UHGV virus genome: UHGV-0382366
DNA from: a virus
DNA length: 49,190 nt
Reading direction: 5' to 3' (one strand)
Shown here: positions 19,496-27,702 of the stretch, piece by piece
Layout: the number at the start of each line of letters is the position of its first letter
How positions within the stretch are numbered: position 1 is the stretch's first letter
The notes under the pieces: model-generated
What the model was told of the DNA's origin: nothing
The model's input: only the letters and a program-made list of their open reading frames with translations
Databases searched by the model: none
Position numbers and translations under genes: made by a program

Positions 19496-20260
19496 TTACC
19501 TTTTATAAATAATTTCTTTTTCTCCTTTTTTTGACGCATTTGTCTCTATCTTTTTAATAACAAGAGATGTTCCAACCAACCCTATATAAATACAATACAT
19601 TTTTTTCTTTATCCGGCACACAAGCCAAGCTTTTCCAATTGTGCCATCTTGCATGTAATATATATCTCCATAATAATGATCTGGTGGTTCAAATTCCATC
19701 CCATCTCTCGTAGAAAACCACAGTTTTACAATGTATTTTGGTACTTTACCTGTTTTTGTACGTGGCAACTTTTCCAGCGTGCTCACACACACTCCATCCC
19801 ACAAAACTTCTTCTGTACAAATTTCCAACTTTTGCTTTATATTCCCCAATTTACGCGCTTCTTTTAAAAATTCATTCATATAAGAGATATCTGTCAAAGC
19901 TTGATATCTATTATCAGATGATTCCCATCCAGCACTTAAGGCGTACGGTATGCCAGAATAATCAATCGGTTTGTTAATTATTCTTTGCGTACCTTTTTCA
20001 GCTTCAATGCCGCCTTCTGTCCATTGATTGCATTGGTTTCGGTCTGTAAATTGATTATTTTTTTCTCCAATTTCCAATAATTTCGCTCCAACATTCCAGA
20101 ATACGATTCCTGATAACACCATAATAAGCCCCGTTTTTATAGAAAACAAACACGTTATTATTCCTAGACAGAAACTAGCTGCTGATATCACTCTAATAAT
20201 TAAGCCTACCCAAAACACTTCTACTTCCCCTTTCTTTACACGGTTTTCGTATTTAATCAT
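19496..20260 (-). CDS. Membrane protein (two N-terminal TM helices, ~170-aa soluble C-terminal domain), second gene of the lipoprotein operon.
   Basis: Hydrophobic segments VFWVGLIIRVISAASFCLGIITCLF and LIMVLSGIVFWNV. Start 2 nt after the lipoprotein stop. Confidence 0.6.
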   Translation of the reverse strand: MIKYENRVKKGEVEVFWVGLIIRVISAASFCLGIITCLFSIKTGLIMVLSGIVFWNVGAKLLEIGEKNNQFTDRNQCNQWTEGGIEAEKGTQRIINKPIDYSGIPYALSAGWESSDNRYQALTDISYMNEFLKEARKLGNIKQKLEICTEEVLWDGVCVSTLEKLPRTKTGKVPKYIVKLWFSTRDGMEFEPPDHYYGDIYYMQDGTIGKAWLVCRIKKKMYCIYIGLVGTSLVIKKIETNASKKGEKEIIYKR

Positions 20261-20262
20261 AT

Positions 20263-20823
20263 CTATTTTAGAGTGATACTAAATGTAGCTATCGGAAAAG
20301 ATACTTGCTTAATTTTGTAATCACCTACATCCAACTCCGTAATTTCATTTGACACCATACTGGCTATCTGCTCTATTTCATCATCAGAAAACTTAAATTC
20401 TGATAGATATACAATCCCTGTAAGCAATTCCGCATATTCATCAAGTTCCCCTTCTCCTACCGACAAGGATAACCTCTTCAATTTTTCTTTATCCAGATCA
20501 TATGTAAAGGCTAATTCCACTCCAGTAGTACTATTGTACGATACAGTGAAAATATTTTCATCTGCTTTTGCATCCTTGAGTTGAAGTTCCGGGGTCTCGG
20601 AAACACCTGCCCTCACCATATTTTCTGGCAGCTGCGTAGTTACAACCTTTGCAATATTGCTTGTAATATCTGCTTGATTATCAAGTCTTTTCTGATCTGA
20701 TTCTTCTTTCTCCGCACTTTCAGCTTTCTTGGACTCTTCTTTTTCCTCTTTCTTCTCCCCGCATCCTGTCAGCATCCCCACACAAAGAACTACTGCCAGC
20801 AAGACGCTTAGTACTCTCTTCAT
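20263..20823 (-). CDS. Lipoprotein (signal peptide + lipobox LTGC, Glu/Lys-rich linker, ~130-aa domain). Candidate superinfection-exclusion lipoprotein.
   Basis: MKRVLSVLLAVVLCVGMLTGCGEKKEEKEESKK... RBS GGTAGGAGGAAGG. Own promoter. Confidence 0.75.
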   Translation of the reverse strand: MKRVLSVLLAVVLCVGMLTGCGEKKEEKEESKKAESAEKEESDQKRLDNQADITSNIAKVVTTQLPENMVRAGVSETPELQLKDAKADENIFTVSYNSTTGVELAFTYDLDKEKLKRLSLSVGEGELDEYAELLTGIVYLSEFKFSDDEIEQIASMVSNEITELDVGDYKIKQVSFPIATFSITLK

Positions 20824-20860
20824 AACCTTCCTCCTACCCTATACGCTTTACCACATACAC

Positions 20861-20889
20861 ATTATACAGTGAGGACTGTATAATCGCAA
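20861..20889 (-). promoter_or_regulatory. Sigma-A promoter for the lipoprotein operon: -35 TTGCGA, 17-nt spacer, -10 TATAAT. The -10 sits inside a perfect 9-bp inverted repeat ATTATACAG-N6-CTGTATAAT.
   Basis: Hexamers and inverted repeat read directly (+ strand 20861-20884). Confidence 0.55.
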
Positions 20890-21551
20890 GGATGGAATGG
20901 GGTAAGAAATCAACCAAAGCAATTTTGCTTTCGTCATTCTTTCCCAACTTGTTGGGAAAGTGCAATCTTTGCTCCACCACCTTCCCCCACTTGTGGAGGA
21001 AATATCTCAGATGTCCATTTTCCGGACTTCTAAAGCAACCACTATATACTGTTGCGACGAATTTCGTCGGTACAAATATGCGGTTCGTCATAAAAGACGA
21101 TTCGAATCCACAATAGACAAATTCTATTTTCTTCGCCCACTTGTGGAGAAAAGCATTTTTGCAGAAGAGAATGTTGATTACTTGGTTTTCGTCATACGGG
21201 AAGAAAACCCATTTATAGGATGTCCAACACGAAGCTCTTTTCTTTCTCGAAAATAGGCATAAAAATACCACTGACCAAAATGACCAGTGGCTATAAAACT
21301 CTGCATAAGAAAAAGAACTAGAGCCATCCGGCAGGCGTACGCTTCTCCTGCATCTCTCGGGTTTCCCCTGTCTGTACCATCGGCGCGTGGATCGTACGAA
21401 ATCTTCCACCTCGAAGAACTCTGTTCTTATCTATAATATAGACCAATTATTCCTTTTTGTAAACTGACTCGCCAATTTTGGAGAGTCAGAATTATTTGAA
21501 ACTGATGCTTCATGCCTTATTCATGATAACGTGGTAATCTCATCACTACGT

Positions 21552-21584
21552 TTAAAATAAAATACCGCCGGATATCCAGCGGTT
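21552..21584 (-). terminator. Rho-independent terminator ending the Bro/hyp136 transcript.
   Basis: Hairpin ACCGC-TGGATATCCGG-CGGT followed on the - strand by TATTTTATTTT. Confidence 0.5.
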
Positions 21585-21833
21585 AAATCATTCATATTCA
21601 AGGATAAGAAGATATTCGGTGGGTGTGCCCCTCCCCACATTTCTTTTGACCACTTGGGTGCGTAGCAGCACAATCTCTACTTCAAATATCTTGTCATATT
21701 TCTTTACAAAGCAAGAAGTTATCCGGCAGGCGTCGCCTCTCCTGCATCTCTTTTGACCACTTGGGTGCGTGGTTGCAACGAATTTTACCACCTCGAATAA
21801 CTTCCTACTTATTGTATTCAAATTATATAACAT

Positions 21834-22244
21834 CTATTCCTTTTTGTAAAGAATTGTTTTGTTCCTCAAATAGTTTTGCAGTCTTTTTTCACTAATCTCC
21901 CAACATGAAATTACTGAATTTTTATAATTCGGATCATCATTTGAAGTACATATTCTCAATACCATTTGAGCATATTCATTTCCTGTTTTGATCTTCTTTA
22001 CAACTAACCCCGTATTTTTATGCTTATCCTTTATAATAAGATCCGGTTCCTGTATAATATCTGACAAATAATCAATCACTTCTTTATAGGCCTCAGGGTG
22101 CCTATCCAATATATGTTGCATTTGATTCTCTGTAATAATGACATCATCTGTAACAATATCTTCTGTGATACACCTATAAATATTACGATTTATTTTTCCT
22201 ACTAAATGCACTTCAACAGCCTCTTTCGTCTTGAATACATTCAT
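21834..22244 (-). CDS. Hypothetical protein (136 aa) with an HILDRH motif. Possible small nuclease/toxin-like domain.
   Basis: ORF. Its 3' end and 3' UTR are partially duplicated about 400 bp downstream. Confidence 0.5.
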   Translation of the reverse strand: MNVFKTKEAVEVHLVGKINRNIYRCITEDIVTDDVIITENQMQHILDRHPEAYKEVIDYLSDIIQEPDLIIKDKHKNTGLVVKKIKTGNEYAQMVLRICTSNDDPNYKNSVISCWEISEKRLQNYLRNKTILYKKE

Positions 22245-22324
22245 TATATCAGAATTTAGGGTTTACGCAATATTCTTTTCTACGGCAGGTAATAATCTGA
22301 GTAGCGCCGAATTTTCGGCTCTAT

Positions 22325-23023
22325 TCAAAACTCTTCCGCCATCTTCCTTACTTCCCGATAAATCTCTTTATACGGAATTTTCTTATCCATCAGTTTCCGA
22401 ATTTTCATCTTAACCAATGTTTCTAGCGATTTTAACTCTAAAAGTGTTTCTTGTGAGATATCATCACGTTGACCGCCATGCAATCCAACTTTGCTATTTA
22501 TCAATTTTGTAAAGATCATGTAGTATAGATCTGCATTCTTACTTCCCTGCTCTTTTGCATACTCCACAAAGAGTTTAATCTGGTCTGTTTCATATCGTCT
22601 TGCTTGCTTAGATTCATTGCGAACTCCAAGCCACTTGTTATCTTTTTCAGAAGCTATGTAATAGCCATTCTTTTTAATTGATTGAATAATGTCGTACACC
22701 CAATCAAAGTATTGGTCAGCTACCTCTGTTGTTGACCACCTTATTACATCTAAAATGCCTCTTTCGTCATACATAAAAATACTTGTCTTCTTTCCTAAAT
22801 CTCTTGGCCTCGGGGACAAATTGTCACCCACCACTTCTACATAGCGTTGCTGTAATTTTTCGTAATGTCTTAAATGAATTTTCTTTATCGCATCTTGTGG
22901 ATTTTTATACTGTAGCGCATATCCAATCTGTGTCCTGCTCATATAGATGTTGTTTTCCTCATCCACATAAAAATCACATCTAGTCCCTAAAAATTCTCCA
23001 TGTTTCACAAGTTTTAGTTTCAT
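22325..23023 (-). CDS. Bro-N / ORF6C-type phage antirepressor.
   Basis: N-terminal KLKLVKHGEFLGTRCDFYVDEENNIYMSRTQIGYAL resembles Bro-N. The C-terminal segment KQARRYETDQIKLFVEYAKEQGSKNADLYYMIFTKL is paralogous to the C-terminus of the protein at 48236..48892. Confidence 0.6.
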   Translation of the reverse strand: MKLKLVKHGEFLGTRCDFYVDEENNIYMSRTQIGYALQYKNPQDAIKKIHLRHYEKLQQRYVEVVGDNLSPRPRDLGKKTSIFMYDERGILDVIRWSTTEVADQYFDWVYDIIQSIKKNGYYIASEKDNKWLGVRNESKQARRYETDQIKLFVEYAKEQGSKNADLYYMIFTKLINSKVGLHGGQRDDISQETLLELKSLETLVKMKIRKLMDKKIPYKEIYREVRKMAEEF

Positions 23024-23073
23024 ACTATTTCGTATCCTTTCCACTTAAATTTTTACATTGATGATGAATCCAA

Positions 23074-23098
23074 GCAAAAATAGAGCGGAATTTTCCGC
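23074..23098 (-). terminator. Rho-independent terminator between the tail chaperones and the accessory block.
   Basis: Hairpin AGCGGA-AATT-TCCGCT then CTATTTTTG on the - strand. Confidence 0.5.
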
Positions 23099-23185
23099 TG
23101 CACTTATTATGGACTCTATATATGTGGACTCCTCAAAATTTAGGAGTTGAAATTCAATACTCTCTGCCGACTAGCAATTTCAAGT

Positions 23186-23218
23186 ATCAAAATAAGGTGC
23201 GGCACTTCGCCACACCTT
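23186..23218 (-). terminator. Second hairpin terminator directly after the chaperone gene stop.
   Basis: AAGGTGTGGC-GAAGT-GCCGCACCTT followed by ATTTTGA on the - strand. Confidence 0.35.
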
Positions 23219-23230
23219 TACACACACTCT

Positions 23231-23857
23231 CTACGTTCGTACGTTTTTCGGACGAAGCAATTCACTCACATCACCGCCGTTGAGAAGCGCATCTTCAATC
23301 TGCCTTGTCTGATCATCTATAACCGGCGCCTGTTCCAGACCGTAATACTTCTGCATTGCCCTGTAGAACTCTCTTTCCTCTTTTGAGAGATTCTTATTCG
23401 ACACATCCATTGTCCGGTACTCAATGACCTTTGACAGCCTTGTATCTTCTCCCAGATTCTCTAGAAGCAGCATAAACTTCCACCAGTGCATCTCTTCTGC
23501 CTGCAAGTCAATTCCGTACTGCTGGATGAAACCGGCATAGATCAGTCCCGCATCCTCTTGAAAGTCAAACGGTTGCTTATCATTGACCCCTGCGATCTTC
23601 CGCGGGAATTTCTTCTTTGACTGCTCCTTGCCACAGGAAAAGAACCAAAACATCTGATCCACATGTTCTTCCGTGAAATAATCACAATCTCTGTAAAACA
23701 ACAGCAGCACTTTCAGTAAAGAATCTCCCGTCAATTCTTCTACGCTTTCTATGATTTCATTGCATTTTAAAACGGTGCGGAAGTCCCAATTTACAGACCA
23801 CTCCGCACCATTCACGATCAAAAACTCTGGAAATTTTTCTATTAAGAGATTCATCAT
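23231..23857 (-). CDS. Tail assembly chaperone (Gp15-like, downstream partner, T-like).
   Basis: MMNLLIEKFPEFLIVNGAEWSVNWDFRTVL... Position between major tail and (expected) TMP. ATG overlaps the upstream stop in the -1 frame (AAAAATGATGA). Confidence 0.55.
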   Translation of the reverse strand: MMNLLIEKFPEFLIVNGAEWSVNWDFRTVLKCNEIIESVEELTGDSLLKVLLLFYRDCDYFTEEHVDQMFWFFSCGKEQSKKKFPRKIAGVNDKQPFDFQEDAGLIYAGFIQQYGIDLQAEEMHWWKFMLLLENLGEDTRLSKVIEYRTMDVSNKNLSKEEREFYRAMQKYYGLEQAPVIDDQTRQIEDALLNGGDVSELLRPKNVRT

Positions 23858-24207
23858 TTTTCTACAGGAGCATTTTCCATTGATAACATTTTCAATCTTC
23901 CCATGATCTCGTTGTACTGATTATCCTGTCTGATCTGCTCTGTGACCAACTGCTCATAAACTGCCATGCAAGTAAGCAGGTCATTTCCTTTTCCGCATAC
24001 ACAATCACCCGTACCCTCTCCAAATACAACATCAAACATCTGCTTCACTCTGCCACACAGAAATCTATTCTGCTCCAGTTCTGTTCCTTCTGGCAGCTCT
24101 TCTGCAACATGCTTCATCTTCTCTAACTCAGCTCTATATCGTTCTTTCAACTCTGGATTCTCCAGATCATACAGGTTGAATTCCAATTCTACTCCATTGA
24201 TAATCAT
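23854..24207 (-). CDS. Tail assembly chaperone (G-like), 117 aa, acidic.
   Basis: Position directly after the major tail protein gene. Overlap with the following gene. Confidence 0.55.
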   Translation of the reverse strand: MIINGVELEFNLYDLENPELKERYRAELEKMKHVAEELPEGTELEQNRFLCGRVKQMFDVVFGEGTGDCVCGKGNDLLTCMAVYEQLVTEQIRQDNQYNEIMGRLKMLSMENAPVEK

Positions 24208-24283
24208 TGCTTTGCACTCCTTCCTTTTCCAATTCTTGCCTTACCTACTACTCCCACGCCAACCAAGGCATTATCGGCGGGGA

Positions 24284-24811
24284 TTATACTTCCCCCACCG
24301 TAAATTTCTTTGTAGATGTATCAAACTGTCCATCTTCCCAGTCAGATACACCAAGTAAATTTCCAGAGCCCTGAATCTCACCATCGTTGTCCGAGAAATC
24401 TGACACCTCGATGGCTACTTTTCTTCTCTTTGCATAAAACTTATTCTGCTGTTCTGCCACGGGCTTTTCCATGAACACCTTCACATAATAAGTTTCTGCA
24501 TCTGACCCGGTCTTTTCATTTTCTCCGATATCTGCAATAAATTCGATCGCTTTTTCAGAACGGATCAAGTCGAACTCCAATGGTGCCGTCCATTCATAAG
24601 AACCGATTCTCTGTGTTGCTGACTTCTGATTGACATATCTTTTGGAAGTTGGCTGCGCAGATGGAGAATCATCCAACTGAGTCACTCCAAATCCCAGAAG
24701 CTCATAAGTCCCGCTCAGATCTTTAGAAACATCCAGATATCCCGGATGCTGCCACCTTCCTACGACACCAGTCTCGCCTGATTCCGCAAAAAACTGAATA
24801 TTCATTTTCAT
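24284..24811 (-). CDS. Major tail protein (175 aa from MKMNIQFFAESG).
   Basis: RBS GGAGGTAG. Size and position typical of siphovirus major tail proteins. Confidence 0.7.
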   Translation of the reverse strand: MKMNIQFFAESGETGVVGRWQHPGYLDVSKDLSGTYELLGFGVTQLDDSPSAQPTSKRYVNQKSATQRIGSYEWTAPLEFDLIRSEKAIEFIADIGENEKTGSDAETYYVKVFMEKPVAEQQNKFYAKRRKVAIEVSDFSDNDGEIQGSGNLLGVSDWEDGQFDTSTKKFTVGEV

Positions 24812-24818
24812 ACTTTTA

Positions 24819-25247
24819 CTACCTCCGTTTATAATAAATAAATTGACATTGTATCCTATATTGGCACTTCGTCTCCTGTGCGTCATACAGATATCCGTCT
24901 GTTGTTGCCAGAATAGATTTGCTTTGCAGTTTCCCCGTCAGATTCGGAAGAGCACCTGCTTTTGTACACTCATCCAGCCAGTCTGCAAATTTCTCATAGA
25001 ATTCCGATGTGTCCCTGTTTTCTTCGTCTCCGTAAAGCACTCTGGAACATAACGAAAATACATACTGTCTGACAGTATCACCGTTTGCGTACCGCTTTAA
25101 GATTGGTTCTGCTGGCGTACTTTCGATACTGTATGCGGTCACATCTTCATTCAACATATCCACATTCACAACCGGAAACATTTCCTGAAACTCCTGCAGA
25201 AATGGACATCCGGCAATAAACTCCGCCACTTGGTTTGTTATGCTCAT
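24819..25247 (-). CDS. Tail-completion / neck protein (hypothetical, 142 aa).
   Basis: Gene order in the head-tail joining module. Confidence 0.45.
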   Translation of the reverse strand: MSITNQVAEFIAGCPFLQEFQEMFPVVNVDMLNEDVTAYSIESTPAEPILKRYANGDTVRQYVFSLCSRVLYGDEENRDTSEFYEKFADWLDECTKAGALPNLTGKLQSKSILATTDGYLYDAQETKCQYRIQCQFIYYKRR

Positions 25248-25591
25248 TTCGCCTTACCTCCACAATATTTCGCAACAGACTGTACAATTTCTTTCCCGCG
25301 ATCCGCCCACATACGCTCTGTCCAGTGGCTACCGGCGCGAGCGTGCTTTGTTCTGTTCTTTCCTTTATTCTCGTAGTACTGCCGCCTTGCGTAAGGGGTG
25401 TCATAGATAATAGAGGATGCTGTTTCCGTCACACTTTTCATTGACAGGTTGCCACTTAATCTCGGCACATACGGTGTGGACAGACGTCTTACCTCATGGG
25501 TAAAGAACTTCTGCCCTGCTCCATTCTTATTTAGATTTCTCTTCAGTAGAATTTTATCTACCGGAGCTATATCCAGCCTGATCTTCGCCAT
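25244..25591 (-). CDS. HK97 gp10-like tail-component protein.
   Basis: Size (~115 aa), basic C-terminus, position. Confidence 0.5.
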   Translation of the reverse strand: MAKIRLDIAPVDKILLKRNLNKNGAGQKFFTHEVRRLSTPYVPRLSGNLSMKSVTETASSIIYDTPYARRQYYENKGKNRTKHARAGSHWTERMWADRGKEIVQSVAKYCGGKAK

Positions 25592-26004
25592 TAAGAACCA
25601 CCACCTATCCTGATATGCTTAGAAGAACCAAAAAAGTTCTCGGAATGACTGAGCACTTTCCCAATCGTTCCAGAGAACCTTTTCCTGATATCTTCTATTC
25701 CGGTGACATTTCCTCCATCCCATTCTCCCAGGATAAAGAAATCACCATTCCGCACAGTCCATTTCCCATACACTGCTGTTAATCGGTTGAACGCATCCGG
25801 CGTGATCCAGTCAGCACATTCTGAATATGGAATCCGGATCTGGTATTCATCTGCGCTTCTTAATCCATTTTCTCCTACGGTGCTTTTCTGGTTCGTGTGA
25901 AACCAGACCTTATGGATGACATGAGGAATAAACACCATCTTCCTGTTCTCCCGATCTGGCCACTGATTAAAAATCGTAATCTTAGCATTCGTAAGCATTG
26001 ACAT
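25591..26004 (-). CDS. Head-tail adaptor / head closure protein.
   Basis: Position and size. Overlapping stop/start with neighbours. Confidence 0.45.
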   Translation of the reverse strand: MSMLTNAKITIFNQWPDRENRKMVFIPHVIHKVWFHTNQKSTVGENGLRSADEYQIRIPYSECADWITPDAFNRLTAVYGKWTVRNGDFFILGEWDGGNVTGIEDIRKRFSGTIGKVLSHSENFFGSSKHIRIGGGS

Positions 26005-26380
26005 TCACCCCCAGATAAAGCAGTCCTGTATGAGCCAGATATCGGCGGATGACCGCATAGATCTTTGTTTGCAGAGCGTCTACTGCAATCTTTCCCGCTT
26101 CTGCTTCTGTCGCGTAATTCACAGAATATCCGTCTGTATTCTCCGACTGCACCTCTCTTCCTCCATGTTCCATTCGGTTCATATCATCCTGATAGATCAT
26201 GTCAGAAAGTTCACACAGGCAAAGCTTCATCAACTCCATCTCATCCTCAGTCGGCTGCAAATGCATAATCTGATTCAGATAAGTATTGGCTTTCAAGATC
26301 GGCTGTTTCAATGACCGTTCGTCCTCGATTATAATTCCATTGTATTCTTCTACATAAAACTGAAAATCTACACGTATCAA
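25982..26380 (-). CDS. Head-tail connector protein (gp6-like).
   Basis: Position between the capsid genes and adaptor. Acidic ~130 aa. Confidence 0.5.
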   Translation of the reverse strand: MIRVDFQFYVEEYNGIIIEDERSLKQPILKANTYLNQIMHLQPTEDEMELMKLCLCELSDMIYQDDMNRMEHGGREVQSENTDGYSVNYATEAEAGKIAVDALQTKIYAVIRRYLAHTGLLYLGVNVNAYEC

Positions 26381-26393
26381 CGCCTATTCCTCC

Positions 26394-26732
26394 TTACGAA
26401 TTCGCCATGATACCCTGTTTTTTCATTTCAGCAAGAATTGCATTGATTTTATTTTTTAAATCAGCCCCTGTTTCTGTGGACAAATCTGCAATCAAAGCCA
26501 TCTGTTTTACGCCACCAAGCGTTGTCTTGTTTGCTGCTGGAAGAGTGTAACTTGTTCCAGCAGGTCCCTGCGCACCCGGATCGCCTTTTGCCCCTGCTGG
26601 TCCTGCTGGTCCTGCTGGTCCTGCTGGTCCTGCTGGTCCAACCTGCTCGTTCTTCACGCCCTGCTCTAACTTATTCAGTTTATCCGCTGTAATAACGTCT
26701 CCATCACTCCATGTTGTTGGTGTATATGCCAT
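26394..26732 (-). CDS. Small collagen-like repeat protein (GPAGPAGPAGPAGPAG...). Possible head decoration/fibre.
   Basis: Five tandem GPA repeats, encoded by 9-bp repeats cctgctggt x5 at about 26597-26640. Confidence 0.6.
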   Translation of the reverse strand: MAYTPTTWSDGDVITADKLNKLEQGVKNEQVGPAGPAGPAGPAGPAGAKGDPGAQGPAGTSYTLPAANKTTLGGVKQMALIADLSTETGADLKNKINAILAEMKKQGIMANS

Positions 26733-26816
26733 ATCTACTACCTCCGTTATATTATTTCGCTTTTCCTACTTTTGCCTTGCCAACTTTCGCAGTTCCTACT
26801 TGTGCCAAATCGTCAT

Positions 26817-27683
26817 CTAGGCCTTTTTTTTTACAACTGCGTAGTTCTTATCTCCAAGACGGTATCCGGTACAGATTTCCACCTGTGCAAGAGTTCCGTT
26901 GAAGTTCTCAGAGTCTTTCAGTCTTGCCATAGACAGCAAATCAATGATATGCAATCCTCTCCAGTCATACATGATATACTCTACCTTTGACAGATCTTCT
27001 GTCTGAAGCGTTTCTGTATAATCGTAGTATTTTGCTGCCGATGTCAGATCAAGCATATTACATTCTACCCACAGCATTCCGAGGTAATATCCCATCTGTC
27101 CGGTACGGATGATCTCGTCATTCTTTACCGGAGTAAATTTGTCCCCTGCAACTTCCAGCATCGTACTGTATGTCTCTACAGATGCCATGACCACATTCGC
27201 GGACGCTTTCTGTTTACGGATTGTTTTTCTTCCTGCGATTATCTTACTGATAATGTTGGACGTTGTAATTGCTTCTGTGTCTTCCATTGCAGTTCCTTCG
27301 TGCACCAGACATGCAAGACCAGACTGCTGCCACCCTTCTTTGCAAACCTGTGTAGACTGTGCGAGATGAGCATCCGCTGTATCGAATGGTACGGCACTCG
27401 CCTGTACATTGTAGATTTTTGTTGATTCCTGCTGTGAATTGTTCATCAATACTGAAATCAGTTCATTTCCTGCAGTTCCATGCTCAAAGTCAGATGCTGG
27501 CTTTTTCGGATCTTTTGCAGCCTTAGCAGCCAGACGGAATACTTTTACTGCTCCCGCTCCTTCCGCATCTCCCTGATACTGATCGTTAAATGTCATTCCC
27601 GGCTGAAAAATTGCATCAAAATAAAAATTTGGTGCAACGATTGAACTGTATTTTTCACTTACATTATATCCGCCATATTTCAT
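26817..27683 (-). CDS. Major capsid protein.
   Basis: 288 aa. Position after the scaffold gene and before the connectors. Confidence 0.7.
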   Translation of the reverse strand: MKYGGYNVSEKYSSIVAPNFYFDAIFQPGMTFNDQYQGDAEGAGAVKVFRLAAKAAKDPKKPASDFEHGTAGNELISVLMNNSQQESTKIYNVQASAVPFDTADAHLAQSTQVCKEGWQQSGLACLVHEGTAMEDTEAITTSNIISKIIAGRKTIRKQKASANVVMASVETYSTMLEVAGDKFTPVKNDEIIRTGQMGYYLGMLWVECNMLDLTSAAKYYDYTETLQTEDLSKVEYIMYDWRGLHIIDLLSMARLKDSENFNGTLAQVEICTGYRLGDKNYAVVKKKA

Positions 27684-27702
27684 ACTCTGTCATTCTCCTT
27701 TT

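Noticed and set aside
20834-21409. 191-aa - strand ORF spanning the repeat-rich region
   Set aside because: Its translation is W/C/H/F-rich and non-protein-like. It overlaps the lipoprotein promoter and start. Its internal repeats (LHKWAKK/LHKWGKV) simply mirror the DNA repeats. Treated as non-coding.
21588-21833. 81-aa - strand ORF
   Set aside because: It lies entirely within the duplicated 3' UTR and terminator region, has no RBS and an implausible composition.
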